This document shows positions 38,244 to 51,047 of a DNA stretch of 64,000 nt, one piece after another. Positions within the stretch are counted from its first letter, which is position 1. Each line of letters opens with the position of its first letter. Location: the NCBI GenBank assembly GCA_040954595.2, contig CM082593.2:3861434-3925433 (forward strand), read 5' to 3'. The position numbers were made by a program, and so were the translations under genes. Source of the DNA: Balanoglossus misakiensis (Eukaryota > Animalia > Hemichordata). Below the pieces are notes generated by a model, which worked only from the letters and a program-made list of their open reading frames with translations, searched no databases and was not told where the DNA came from.

Positions 38244-41200
38244 CTGAGAGAAAGAAAGAAAGAAAAGAGAGATATTAATGATTAGTATATAGACAACGTC
38301 TTGAAGCTATAATTAAATTTTTCGTATTGTAGAGCAAATATTCGATAGGCAAGTGTCCCAGTCAATACCCTCAGTACAGTTTGTTTTGAAATTCAGATCA
38401 GTTGTCTGGCAGTAATTGCTTTGAAGCTGGTTCAACATGTACATCTTGATGCCCGCCGGTATTTGTCTGTGCAATGTGGAGAATCTCTACTGTGTCCGAG
38501 TATTGGCTTGTGGGTACACTACAAGGCAAATTAACGATTCTGAATTATAAAAGCACAATACGCATTTTCAGTGAACATTTTTTCCGGACTATATTGACAC
38601 AGAGTCTGCAGGTCCAGACAAAGTTGCATCATCAACTCACACCTGCTTTACATTAACAATTGATGTAGCACAAAGTAGTACATGGAGTAGCATAACACAT
38701 AAGTTTATGTGCACATATACATGTGAGTAGGAACCAAAGAGTGACGTAGTTGATTCCACTGTCCGCAGCATTGTCTTTTGAGAGTAGTTAGTTTACATTT
38801 CAAATTTTACAGTATCGCCCTCCGGGAAGACAACATGTAGAAATCGTCTATCCTCGTTAGTATTCTGAAGACACCGAACGAAATATTCCGAGGTTGTTCG
38901 AGGTGGTCTCCAAGCCTTTAATCGCATTCTGCGCCCGGTGAAAAATGACGCGGAGTAGTTATTATTATTGCAGTGAGATACAGTCAATTTGATCGAGAAA
39001 ATCGATCAGAGGGATAAGGATAGAGCTCAGAAAAAAACTCATTAAAGTTTATTCCCCCCTCCAGGACACCTGCAACACGGTATAAAAATGAAACATCTCT
39101 GAGTGTGCGGCGCATCTTCCCTGGGAAAGCATTGCGTTATCACCCATGTCACTTTTCTGTTCACGTTTTGCGAATGAGAGTCAATGTTTCCATTACCCTG
39201 ATAGAAAACCGTTGACAACATTGATGGATGTAGCGTCAAAGAGGAGAATACACTATGTTATTATGATGATAATAGCTTGCCATTTAGGATTACGAACAGA
39301 ACAGGCAGATGGGACAGTTTGATGACATATTGTCAGATGACAGGTATTGTGACAGGAATAACTAAACCCAACCCGGTAAATTAGCCCACAGAGTCAAACA
39401 AGTCATGAAACATATACTTGTGATTTTAATGTCTGTGTTATGATTTTTTTTATGTTTACATTGCATGTACCCATAAATCAAAGCAATTCCATTTGCATCT
39501 ATTGTGGCTGCGCTATTGCAAGTATGTGGAGGCGCTTGTCCCTGTATCTAACTTTCCCAAATAAAAGAAAATTAATTATCGTGTTAAAATTCTTCGACCG
39601 AAGCCTTACAATACGTGAAATGCTCGTTCACATATTCGTGCAATGTAAAAGGCGGAATAATGCACAGGGCCTCCACCATGCCAGTGGCTTAGAATATCGC
39701 TCACTCTTATCATTCAACAGAATGTGACGGGGTGCCAATAAATAGCCACTTTATTGCATTTCCAGCTAGTCCACAACATGCAATAAACTTACTATTATTA
39801 TCATTAGTATGATAGTTACATCAAACTCCAAATGAATGCGATGGGTATTAATAACCATATCCATCATAATTAACATCTTCGCATTTAAAAGTGTCTATAA
39901 GGATCCTCCATACTCTGAGAATATTAACCACCGACCTTTCGCTGTCAAACACGTAACCTTTGCATGATATGCATATGAGAGAATTGGTTAAATAGACACA
40001 AGCAAAGCGGAATGAAACATACTTGAGGCATTCTCGAGCGCTTTACGGGTTTCGATGCCGATTTTAATTCAGCGCGCTAGTTATTCTAATTGATATGCTG
40101 GAGAGGTCCACTTCAGTTGGTGAAATGAATTGGCAAGACACTGCAATTTCTGGAGCGGCTATGAAACGCATTCATCTTCAAGGGGCCACCACTTACGACG
40201 AAGAAATTGTCTTAAATGGCCACGCTCAATTAACTCTTGTGAATATGACGGACTCAAAAGTTGTAAAATAAATCAACGCGATCAATTTTTCACTCCCGTT
40301 TCCACGGATGAGAAAAGTACGTTTAATACGGCGACCGCGCTGATCTCTAATGCTCGCTTGATGAAAAGCATTCCTCCATATCCAACGTAGATTTCCTCCG
40401 AGTACGTTATTAAAATATCCCCTTAAGTTTTTTCTTCTGGTGCAATTAGGATGTTTTATGCCTGCTCTAGAAACACATATTGCCAAGGTCAGCTAATTCT
40501 GACATCCGTCACTCGTTATTTACGCTTGTCCATGATCTGTAATTTTAGACGTTCACTGAACAAGTAACGTGTGAAAGGTGGCGTTGGGTTTGGAAATCAT
40601 TCAACACCCTCCGGCTAGAACCTTCACCTCTCTGCGCTGAAAAGCAATACCTTGCAACCAATGTTCAGTGGACATACGTTGGCTATAAGCATCACAGGGT
40701 ATCTCCGTTATTGCGAGAATTTACTCGCAGAAGTTGAACGGCCTTACTTTCATACGCAGCATGACTGTCTGTCGATATATTAAGGTGGTTTAATTTTATA
40801 CAGCTGACAAGAGCAAATTATTTTTCCATATACCGCAATTACATACCCGTTGCTACGGGAAGTAGTAGCATAATAATTACACGTTTGTTAAGTTTCTAAA
40901 TTTACTCTTACACATACCGGCTATTGGCCATGCACTGACAGGTTTTAAAAAGTTTTATTAGTAAGTAGATAATGTAGAAACACGGGCATGAACTTTTTTG
41001 AGATATCGCCAAAAATGTGTGCAACCCATCACAGAATCATTAACAATGAACAAACGAACCCCCTAAATTTACTGATTATCCCTAGCAAACATATACTTGA
41101 AAAATCCTCCACGTATGGAATCTCAAAAGTGTAATTTATCGGTTCAAAAAGTGTATGTAATGTGTTTGCTGAGCTATGAAAATGATTACATTTTCGAAAA

Positions 41201-44200
41201 GTTATATGGTTAATGTCACTTTTACTTTTTCATACATGGCAAAACACTTACAGCAGTTAATTTCACTTTAGGTGCACTGGAGAATTTATTATCGTGTATT
41301 ACATCTGTCTGTGTATTCAGAAGTTGATTGTGAGGTATGGACAGTGGTTGATATTTCCATTGAATAATCAATTCGTCACAAGTAGTACGGGGATCCGAAT
41401 GCGTTCTTTTCCGAACGGGAGTTTTCAGTCGCCCACGCCATGTCTGCTCCCTGTAATGGGTCACTCGTTCCTGTCTCTCTCGGGAGCCCTTGTTCCCGAG
41501 TCACCTCTAGCGCGGGCATGCCTCTTCCCCCTCAAAGACCCGGAAAATGAAGACCTCGCGTCATCGTCCGTGGAGCATTAACGACAAAATTCGACAATTT
41601 TCATGAGCCTGTGTTATGCAGCCACAGCTGCGAATCCTCGTCTACCTGGCTTAAGGTTATTCGCGTTCTGTTCAAATTACATTAAGCACTTGTCAAACGT
41701 GTTCATCTCGTTTATTGAAAAGGTGCTGTCACAATCTCACGGTGCTGGGAACGAGGACGTGAGCGTTGGCCAAAGCCCATGCATCCCAACAAGAAAGAGT
41801 CGCGTCGAAGGAAAAACACAGACACGGCGATAAGATCAAAGTGGCAGATAAACACAGAGAAATAATTAGTTTAAAGAAAAACAGACTGACTTACACAAGA
41901 TTCGGTAAATTCTTACCCTATGTACACACGGAATAATACATTTGAAGAATAACGGATTATGGCTTATTAGCGTAATATATCCCTGTCAGATAGCATTAGA
42001 ATCGCCTGTCGCTATCACTTTCATTCATAATTCAACACGCGGCCTTTCAGACAAAGTGCAGAGCGGACAGATACCATGCTCTCCTCTACTTCTATCTCAC
42101 GAAACAAGAAAACGCAATGGTCGCTTTTCGAACAAGCAATATACACATTTGTTTTCATTTCCTCCGAAAATAGATGATGCACTCCAAACATTCAGAAGAT
42201 CCACTTGGTATGGCTATGTCGGAAACGCTTTGAAGTAATGGATATTTTCAATTATATCCACAGCATCAGGTTTTTTCCTGGTACTCATCGGGAAGAAAAA
42301 AATATGTAAATAGGACATATATTTTATAGATTAATCTTTCAATGGCCGTAAGAGTATTATATCTTTCCTGCCAGTGAACCCGATATCGGCATGAATTGTA
42401 GTTTAGTGCAATTCAATCTGTATTTCAGATGATATAAAATATTTATCATTAATGCTTTCAATTGAAGAGGACACCCAAGCCAAGATACTTGAAAGGTGGG
42501 CAAGATGTTTTAATTGTTGTAACAAGGCGACTGTGATAACAGGGACATATATGCGTTTTAACATTGTATTAGATAAAACACTTGCAATAATCTCTTGGCA
42601 AACGTATGTGTGTATATAGAAGTAAAGGGCACGGTTGTGGTTCATGATTGTGTTCATTTGTTATAAATTGCACACAGGGCAGGCAGTGGAATCAACAATA
42701 TACTGCAGGATATCGGATGTGAGCAAAGAAAATAATTTACTATTATTTTAATCTATATGCGGGGATTAGACTGGGTATACTGATAAGTCTACATGTCAGG
42801 GCGATCATTTATCTTGCTTTGTGTATTGTCGGAGTTGGCATGGCCACTCGTTCCTGCTTAACGGCTCCAAAGTGTAAATGAAATCGAGAATTATATCTCA
42901 GATTTGTGGCAATATTAAATAACGGCCTTTTTTGTTGCTCTGAATAACTCTTTGACAAATCACCTTGTGACATATAAAGCAAGGGCTTGTAGGAATTGCC
43001 TGTTCCTGTTCTGACTGTCAGTGTGGACTACAGTTAGTACCAGCGCTATACAGCGATACTGTCCGCCCATCCCTGATAGTTCTTGACTGTAGTGGGAAAC
43101 ACAGTACAGATCTATCCAAGTGAAAACAAATCAACGTCGCCATCACAAAGTTTGAACAGGTTTATTCCGAGTCAGTTGCATCAGAGATTGGATGGGTGTA
43201 CACTGTAGTCGCAAAACACGACAACGGTAATAAGACATTTCCCCCAGAAATCAGTTTGTCTGACAACATTAACCTTAGACGCCTTATACAAATGTAGTAG
43301 TCCCACACGGTGACACAGACCATTTGTAGTGCTTTCCTTTGGAGAAGAGTTCTGCTAAAATTGACCTTGTCAGTGCTTAAACTGAACAAGCACCAACCTG
43401 GTCCAACATTTTCCACTGCCAGGAAACGCCGCGATTTGTCAAACGACAGTTTGTGACAAATGAATGGAAAACGCTCCCCGCAATTAACAGATACCGTAAT
43501 TACTGAATTCACGTGATTGAACGAATGTGTGTATACATAGTTACAAATGCAATGATTTCCCCTCGAAAACTATGTATATCGGTCTATGCACATAAATTTT
43601 TGTAGAAAATGTATTTTATGGGGGTTTTCAAGACAGCCGGATGTCATATTTTATGCTAATAAACGATCAGCGGGTTCTCTACAAATTATTTTCCTGACAC
43701 CTCCATAATGCGATGAGTGGTCCCGGTCCTACTCCAGGCTTTTCCACTCAAGCTTCGAGCTGCGGTTTTCATTTCTCTGTTTGTGAAAAGCAAGTACAAT
43801 TTACGTCTGTTTTATTAACCGTAACCAGGGAATGTGCTGCTGTCGACGACAAGAGCTCCAAACATGCATTAGACTTCTCACACATTTGCGCAATAACTAA
43901 TACAGGAAAGCAAACATACAACCGCATGGGGCTGGCAACTCCGTGCAAAAAGTAACTACGGGGAACCCTGTATGACGTACGGCACTGTTGACTGGAAATC
44001 CGGGTTTGTGGTTTTCAGGACCAGTCAATGGTTTCTATTGTGTGACAAGATTTATTGGGAATCCGGATTTTAAAATCATAAGCCTTGGGTAGACTTATCG
44101 GAAATACATGTAATGTTAGAGCAAAACGGCGATAAATGTACTGCGATTAGTGGTAAATTAGTGCGGAAGGAAAAAGCCCTCTGTGTAGTCAAAAGTATAA

Positions 44201-45221
44201 TATTTGAAATGTTAAATACGGTTTTCGGGGTGTATTGCATAGAAGAGATAAAGCGTATGAAAGTAATTATAACCAGATGTGAACGATGCAGTCTTAATAG
44301 CAAACGCTTAAATTGAATTCTTTTCCCAGAGAGAGAGACAGAGGGAGAGACAGAGGGGAGGGGGAGACAGGGCGGCAGAGAGAGAGAGGAATAGACAGAC
44401 ATAGATAAATGTTAATCACACACCTTTCTTTTGGATTCTGCCTGGCGAGCATCGCGATGTCTCTCCCGTTCGCCCGGTGCCTTCCGTCCCCAGATAGCGT
44501 AACCAATTATCGTATAAGCAATTGAGAGTATCAACAGAGGCAGGAAGTATTGCAGAACCATTAACGTGATGGTATAGACTGTTCTGTCCGTCTCTCGTTC
44601 CCACTCCTCCCTGCAGGCCAGCGTGGATGAGTTGGGCGCCGAGCTCAGCTTACTGTTGATGATCGCCGGGAGGCTGAGACCTCCCGCTAGAATCCAAATG
44701 ACACCGATGACCACCAGGGCCTGCTTCTTGGTCATCCGCGGTCGCAGCGGGTGGATGATGGCCACGTATCTGTCCAGGCTGATGGCGACCAGTGTGAAGA
44801 TGCTGATGGACACGGTGACCATCTGCACGTACTGCACCAGTGCACACATCACAAAACCGAACGGCCAGTGGAAGTACAGGGTGTAGTAAAACGTGAGGTT
44901 GACACAGAGCACGGCCATCAGGAAGTCGCTGATGGCCAGATTGACTATGAAATAGTTGGTGACGGTTCGCATGCGTGCGTTGCCGAGCACGATGTAGCAA
45001 ACGGTTAAATTCCCCACCGCGGCTAAAACCGACGTGACGGCGTACACGATGCCCAGCAAAACCTGCAGCCACAGCGGTTCCACGTAATATTCTGGCGCTG
45101 AAGGGACATTGGTGCTCGCCAGCAGAGCGGTATCATTGTCAAAAAACCCAGAGCCACTGACATCGTCTGTAAAGTTGTACTGCACGGCGACGCGGAGTGT
45201 GGACTCCATGTTCATCGTCAT
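37872..45221 (-). CDS. LQR: Luqin/RYamide-type neuropeptide GPCR, complement(join(37872..38243,44424..45221)), 389 aa
   Basis: Full 7TM: GN-x2-VCYIV, RMRTVTNYFIVNLAISD, WPFG-x2-MC, FTLVAISLDRY-x-AI-x-HPLRPRM, C-x-E-x-W in ECL2, M-x-LQYFLPL, IWGRK-x-PGE-x4-RD, HWLAMSN-x2-YNPF-x-YCWMN-x-KFR-x-GF. This motif set is characteristic of luqin/RYamide receptors (recalled). The first true ATG is at 45221; the track's 45236 start is GTG. Confidence 0.88.
44328..44402. repeat. GA/GACA-rich low-complexity tract just inside the luqin-receptor intron
   Basis: agagagagagacagagggagagacagaggggag...agagagagaggaatagacagac. Confidence 0.75.
44424..45221 (-). CDS. LQR: Luqin-type receptor coding exon 1 (N-terminus to ICL3)
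   Basis: MTMNMESTL...QAESKRK, then donor AAG|gtgtgt (44423), phase 0; 266 codons. Confidence 0.93.
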
Positions 45222-45640
45222 GTCTGATACAGCCACCTATCGGGCGGTCGTGACTCTTTATTGATGTTTTGAAACCGCCGAGCTCTCGTCACGATTACGT
45301 CACAAAATAATTACAGCTTAGGAAGCAGTTTGGCAGGCGTCTACTCAATATCCCCGGCAAACAGGTAGTTGATCGGGGTTACCTGGCTAACCTTTACGGA
45401 TTAAACTTCCTGGACGCCGACAACATTACCGTCAACGATCTGTCACGTGCTCTTACTGGCGTGAAGTGATTGGAAACAATTTCTGGGCACCGGTGAATGA
45501 GGTGGCAGAGCTTCAGCACATTTGCAAATGGCAGGAAGGCCGGACTCCAAATGTTCACAGATTTCCGGTTCACAGTTGTACCATACATAAGATAGCGGCA
45601 GATGATGTGTTAAGACAACCTATAAAAATACAGGCAAATT
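45222..45640 (-). promoter_or_regulatory. 5' UTR and upstream splice acceptor of the luqin receptor coding exon 1
   Basis: Minus-strand aatttgcctgtatttttatag|GTT (intron ends 45620). The ~400-nt leader contains uATGs at 45588 and 45584. Confidence 0.55.
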
Positions 45641-48600
45641 CATATTATTGAAAAGTTGAACGTATGCCAAGTGATGCTCTCCCCTCTCGCTCTTTTCACA
45701 CACAGGGTTCTCTATCATTCATGAGCATGTTAAATACCGACTTGCAAAAATATGCCAGACAATGCTAGTCTTGCGCGCTTGCGCACAATTAGGCCCAATG
45801 GCAGAGTTCTCTTGTTGTCTAGGCATATCTTCTTCATTTCATGTCTTTATGCCATTTTATAGTTATGTATAACGCCTACTATATATTAACATTTTCAAAG
45901 AATGACTAATTAAGTTTCAGAAGTGTTGTACATTCAAAGAATACCACAAAGCATTTCCTTAGGACTACAATGTAACCATGCATATGCATCAAGTTGTCTG
46001 AGCAACCTACATGTATGTCGACATGTATTTGTGCTCATTTCTGGTAACCATTAAAGATGTGGCTAATTGGATGGATGAAGTCCACTACAAGCATCAACAG
46101 ATCAGTTAATAGGAATCAGCAGCCAAACCAAGCAAGTTTTGCTGTGCGTCGTGATATCTGAAATTACTATCGCTATCAAATTTCATACAATTCTTATAAA
46201 TAGCATAGAGAACACCCCCATACATTATTTTTCTTAATATGACAAAGCCTTTATGACTTATGTGACTTCAGTCATTTTTGAGTTTCAGTAAAATTACAAA
46301 ATGTAGCTTACCGTAGCATTAACGTAAACCCCGTGCAACAGCTTAAAACGAGCACAAGTGAATAATGCCACATTATTAGTGTACACGGATATAAATCTCG
46401 CCCGCAACAAATATTTTATTAAGACACTAGTCCATTAATATCACGCCTCGTTCTGATTTATCGTCTGGTGAAGTTCATAAGGCAAGGGACACTATATCAC
46501 AGAGATGTCGTGCAGCCAATCAAACCGAAGGAAGCAAGGATATATGGGAGTAATATCAGGGGAAATGCAAATTTGTTGGCTTGCCAAGGATAATTTAATC
46601 CCCGACGGTAAATTTATGAGAAGTCGTATTGATAGTGCCGAGTGTTTGACAAATGAAAGTGAAAAGTAACTACAGATTGTTCATACAGCCTGTAGACAAC
46701 ACAAGTTCTGCAGATAACATCCTAGATAAAAAAAGTGGACTCATTTGACTGATTGAATAGCATACACATTCAAGAGAGGTACTTAATCCCTGGCACAGGC
46801 TTATCATAAACTAAATACACTGTAAGAAAACTGATACCAATCTGTATTTTATAAATAACTCAGCACCTTTAATAGCTGGTTGTTTTTATTTTATCTTGGA
46901 TGTTACCTGTGTGTTGTATTGACATTTATATACAACACAAAGCTGATGTCCAGGCTAGGTGATACAAGGCTGTACTTTAGTAGCATATGCAACATCACTT
47001 AATAAGCGGGTTTGTATTTACATGCATAATCACTAACTGTGTTTGAGTAATACATTTAGAATGGACGCCACGCAGATATACTTTGCATTTCACTGCTAGT
47101 TCGGTCATTTCTTTTGGTAAATATGGAAATGCACAAAATCAATCTTTTAGTAAATATGGACATATAGAAAAGAAATCTCACAAAATTTAATTTAATATCA
47201 AGCAAAGGCAAAAGATCTCAATGGCGTCTAGGGTACTGCATTGTCGGATGACGGGATTTTGTCCAGTTCCATTTCTCTAAATTGGTTTTAGCCACTGGTC
47301 AAAGGTCAACAACTGAATTAACCGAGCTCAATTGAAACTTTATCTTGGGAACATTGCAAGGAATAAAAATTTGGAATACTCTCTTGATTCTATAATAAGG
47401 GCGCAGCGTGCTGGGTCATGCCCGGATTCTGAGAAAGGGCGCCCGTGGAATCTATCTAAACTTGATGCAATCCCCGGCAATAATTGCTTCTCGACGGGAG
47501 ACTGTCAACAGGTTGAATGAGAGGCATGACGATGCGATGAAAAACTGTCTCAAGTGTGCACGTACTGCAGATGAATTGAGATACTCAGAAACCTGACAAA
47601 AGATTGCAGTCGTGTGATATCTGTGGCCTATCGCAAGAGTTTCCTCATATAGGAAACACTCGACGTGAATTGCGCACCCTGTCCGGTCGACGTGCGCAAT
47701 TGAATCTTGCTAAATGATTATATTTTGCCAGAAGGACTACGTATCATTTTCTCCTGGCTATCGATCACTTCTAGTGTCTATACCAATACGGCAAAGGCAT
47801 GCCTAATACAAAGCTAACACATCTAATGCATATCGTAAATCACAGACTAATATTATGAGAGCCCAGTGCGAGAATCAATAGAAGTTTATGATCTAGTAGA
47901 CACCATAGTGTGCAGTTAGTCATATGTTAGAATTGTACTGTAAATAATATTTAAGTGTTTTATCAGAAAAACACAGTAAGGGTCTGCCCACAGGGCGTAC
48001 ATGTAGTTGATAATTTTCTGTGCACTACTCATCACAGTATACACTATTGCTCGGTCCCTGGTGAAATATATCATTTTAAAATGATTGAAATTAGCTACCG
48101 GGGTATGTAAAAGCAAAACCATAAACTCAGAAGAGTGAATTTCCAGTAAGGCAAGGTCTCTATCCATCAACACAAAGCCTGCAAGGATGGTTGGTGTAGA
48201 TGGATCACAGGATCCCCAACTTTGTAGTTTTTGCACTGATCGGAGAGCAATCTTGACAGGCGTAGTCATGGTAATATGGTGGGCGCACTCATTGCAAAAC
48301 CTGGACACAGCACCACTGTGATAGATGTTTCTGTTTGACTTAACGATGGTACCCGTACATGTAGTACAGTACCTCACCTAACCTAATTCACGGATCAGCT
48401 ACAACTACAGAATTTCATGGTTTATCAATTGTTTTGGTTTTACGCATATTGACTATCCCCTGCTAGTCTGAGTAATTTTCCACATTGATTGGTTTCTATG
48501 GTCGATTTTCCACATAGTAGACATGTTTTGAGACCACGTCTATAGTTTGAGATTTGTCAAGCAAGACAATCTATTTGGGGATGCAGTGACTGATATTTTA

Positions 48601-50981
48601 TCTGCTGAATTGGATTATTAGAAAAAAGAACCTTGATCCTCAAAGCTTGCAATACCTGTCGTCTGCTGAAATTGTCATTCGCGGCAATGCCAATAAAACG
48701 CTTGTTATATGTGTCAGTTAAGGCTGTACTAATAACTGCGAAGGTAAGCGAAAATAATCAAACGTCATTTCCGAGATTTGGGAATAGACGGCGGCACAGC
48801 TTTGTCGTCTCAATTTTGTCATTGGAAAGTTTACCTTGTTAATCAGTTGAAATTGGCCAAAACTGAATGTGAGACGCTACCTTAAATAAGCAATGTTGTC
48901 TAGCTGCGGCTTCTGGATGTGTTATATATCGATGGTCTGTCTGAACTGTGGGAAAGCATATCAAATTTAATTTACACGTGTACCAGTTACAGTTTAATTT
49001 TGCAACTTTTGTGCCGTTTAACACGATGGGCCACGTGTTTGTTTGTCCTGTGTCACATGAGAATGTCCTCCAATATAAACTGCCTAGCCACAAGACGTTA
49101 AAATAATCCTGTGTGATATATTACTGCAACCTTCCTTCTTATCCTTGTCTAATGCCTAATTTCGTTTAAAGAACTTCCTGTATGTCACAGCTAAGCACAT
49201 CTAGTTCAACTGTACACCTAGTTCAAGTGTTTGCAGTTGCCTTTGAACCTCTTCAACATCACTGAATCAGTATTCAATTACTACCATTGATTTATTGTCT
49301 GTACGCATGTTTCCTGCGAATTAGTTTTTCGTCGATCGTCTCATTCAAAAGCACATCAAGTAATTAGATCATTTGTCACTATGGTTACGGTTATCACGTT
49401 ATAAATTTTCTGATATACATATGGATGGCCATGCAATTGATGTTGCAGTCATCGTCATATTGCAACTGAACTTTTTCAGCGTACTGAAAACTAAAAAGCG
49501 GAGACTTGGTCCTCAAAGACGATAGAACGCACACCCCAAAGAATCGATATCACTGAACAAACAATCCCTATACAGGTTGAGCATGTAGATAAATAGGCCG
49601 CACGATACTCAAATACTCTGTCACACAGAAAGCTGCCACTATAACAACCGCACAAATGGGACTACTACGTAAAAGTATACGACACTATGGAATGCACACA
49701 CACAGTCACATTTACCGGCCGACTAAATTGGCTACGTTTTGTGAAGAACAACCGACGAATATACGACAGCGATACATTTCAATTAAGCCTGTATCGCGAT
49801 ACCCTCATTGTCGGGAGCATCAAAGCATAAGCGAGTTATCTCCCCAATGAATACTCTTTCAGTCACTATTTCAAAATACTTGCAAGGATTCACCATATCC
49901 GGATAACAAATACTCGAGCTGGCTACAACAGTATCGTGTGGGCACTGGATTGCAAAATCAGCGTTTGTAGACATTTAACCATGCAGACTCCGAAGGAATG
50001 CTTCATTGGTCCCAGTACATATCCGTAATAGCCTTTGAAAAAACTAAATTGCACACTTTATCTTAAGGCAGATTAATGAGGTACTGCATGACTGTGCAAT
50101 TCATATCCTTTAGTTTGCCCTATTCTATAATTGGCCACCATGAATTTGTTTCTTTCGAAAATGTCTTTTGAACATTTGTAAAGACAATATCTTTATATTT
50201 TACACTGGCTAAGTTCATTAGTTTTAAGCTTACAGTGTCATAATCATATCTAGATGTTATCCCAGATTTGCCATTCACATATCAGAAACAATACAAGTAA
50301 CTGTATCTCTAACTAGACTTGCTTATTCAGACCCGAAAGAATACTGTCTCTCTTACATGATATTTGAAGCAATTATTAAGCTGATAGATATTCGCAATGG
50401 AACTGTTTTTATTACCCAAATATCCTAAAATTCTATTTCTTCCATGAGTGGGCGGTTTGTGATGAATTTCAAGTACCCAGGCTATGGGCAAAAAAACAAC
50501 TCTGGCAAAATCAGCGTGCATACAGAAGGGATTCCATCTTCGCGCATGAAAAGCTACCCACATTATCTCAGAAGAATATACGCGAATATTATCTCCTTCC
50601 TGCAAGATATCGCGGGAGTCTCAATTTCCTGTCCTGTGGAGAAATGCTGGTTTACAAAAATGCAGGAAAATGATCTAATTACAGGAGCAGAATGTGACAG
50701 AAATAGGATCAAAGGGAAAACTGTGTTGCTACGTTGTTTCTTTCAGTTTCCAAGAATGCATTTCAGCCTGGAGGCTGATCTCATTATTTTTGCCAAGGAG
50801 GCCTACTGATATTCAACGGAACACAGCGGACCATTAACGGTACAGGCCGTTTGAACCTACTTTCGTATTGTTTTTTTCTTTCAGACAGAAGGAAAGAAAG
50901 GAAAACATCACATACTAAGAACTTCCACTGACTGTGTTTTAAAAATGTGTACCTATCGTTTCCCAATTAAATGTAAAATCT

Positions 50982-51047
50982 TATCTATCTATACCTATCT
51001 GTCTGTCTGTCTATCTGTCTGTTGGCCTGCATGCCTGCCTGCCTGTC
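50982..51047. repeat. Compound (TATC)(TGTC)(TGCC) microsatellite
   Basis: tatctatctatacctatctgtctgtctgtctatctgtct...tgcctgcctgcctgtct. Confidence 0.75.

Noticed and set aside
44623-45072. Overlapping and antisense ORFs over luqin-receptor exon 1 (and 37875-38195 over exon 2)
   Set aside because: Same shadow effect from a GC3-rich real coding frame.
47916-48377. 153-aa minus-strand ORF (likewise 59116-59571, 56883-57290, 23691-24080 and the other short track ORFs)
   Set aside because: No recognisable domain, codon bias or consistent splice context; compatible with chance ORFs in 64 kb of non-coding DNA.
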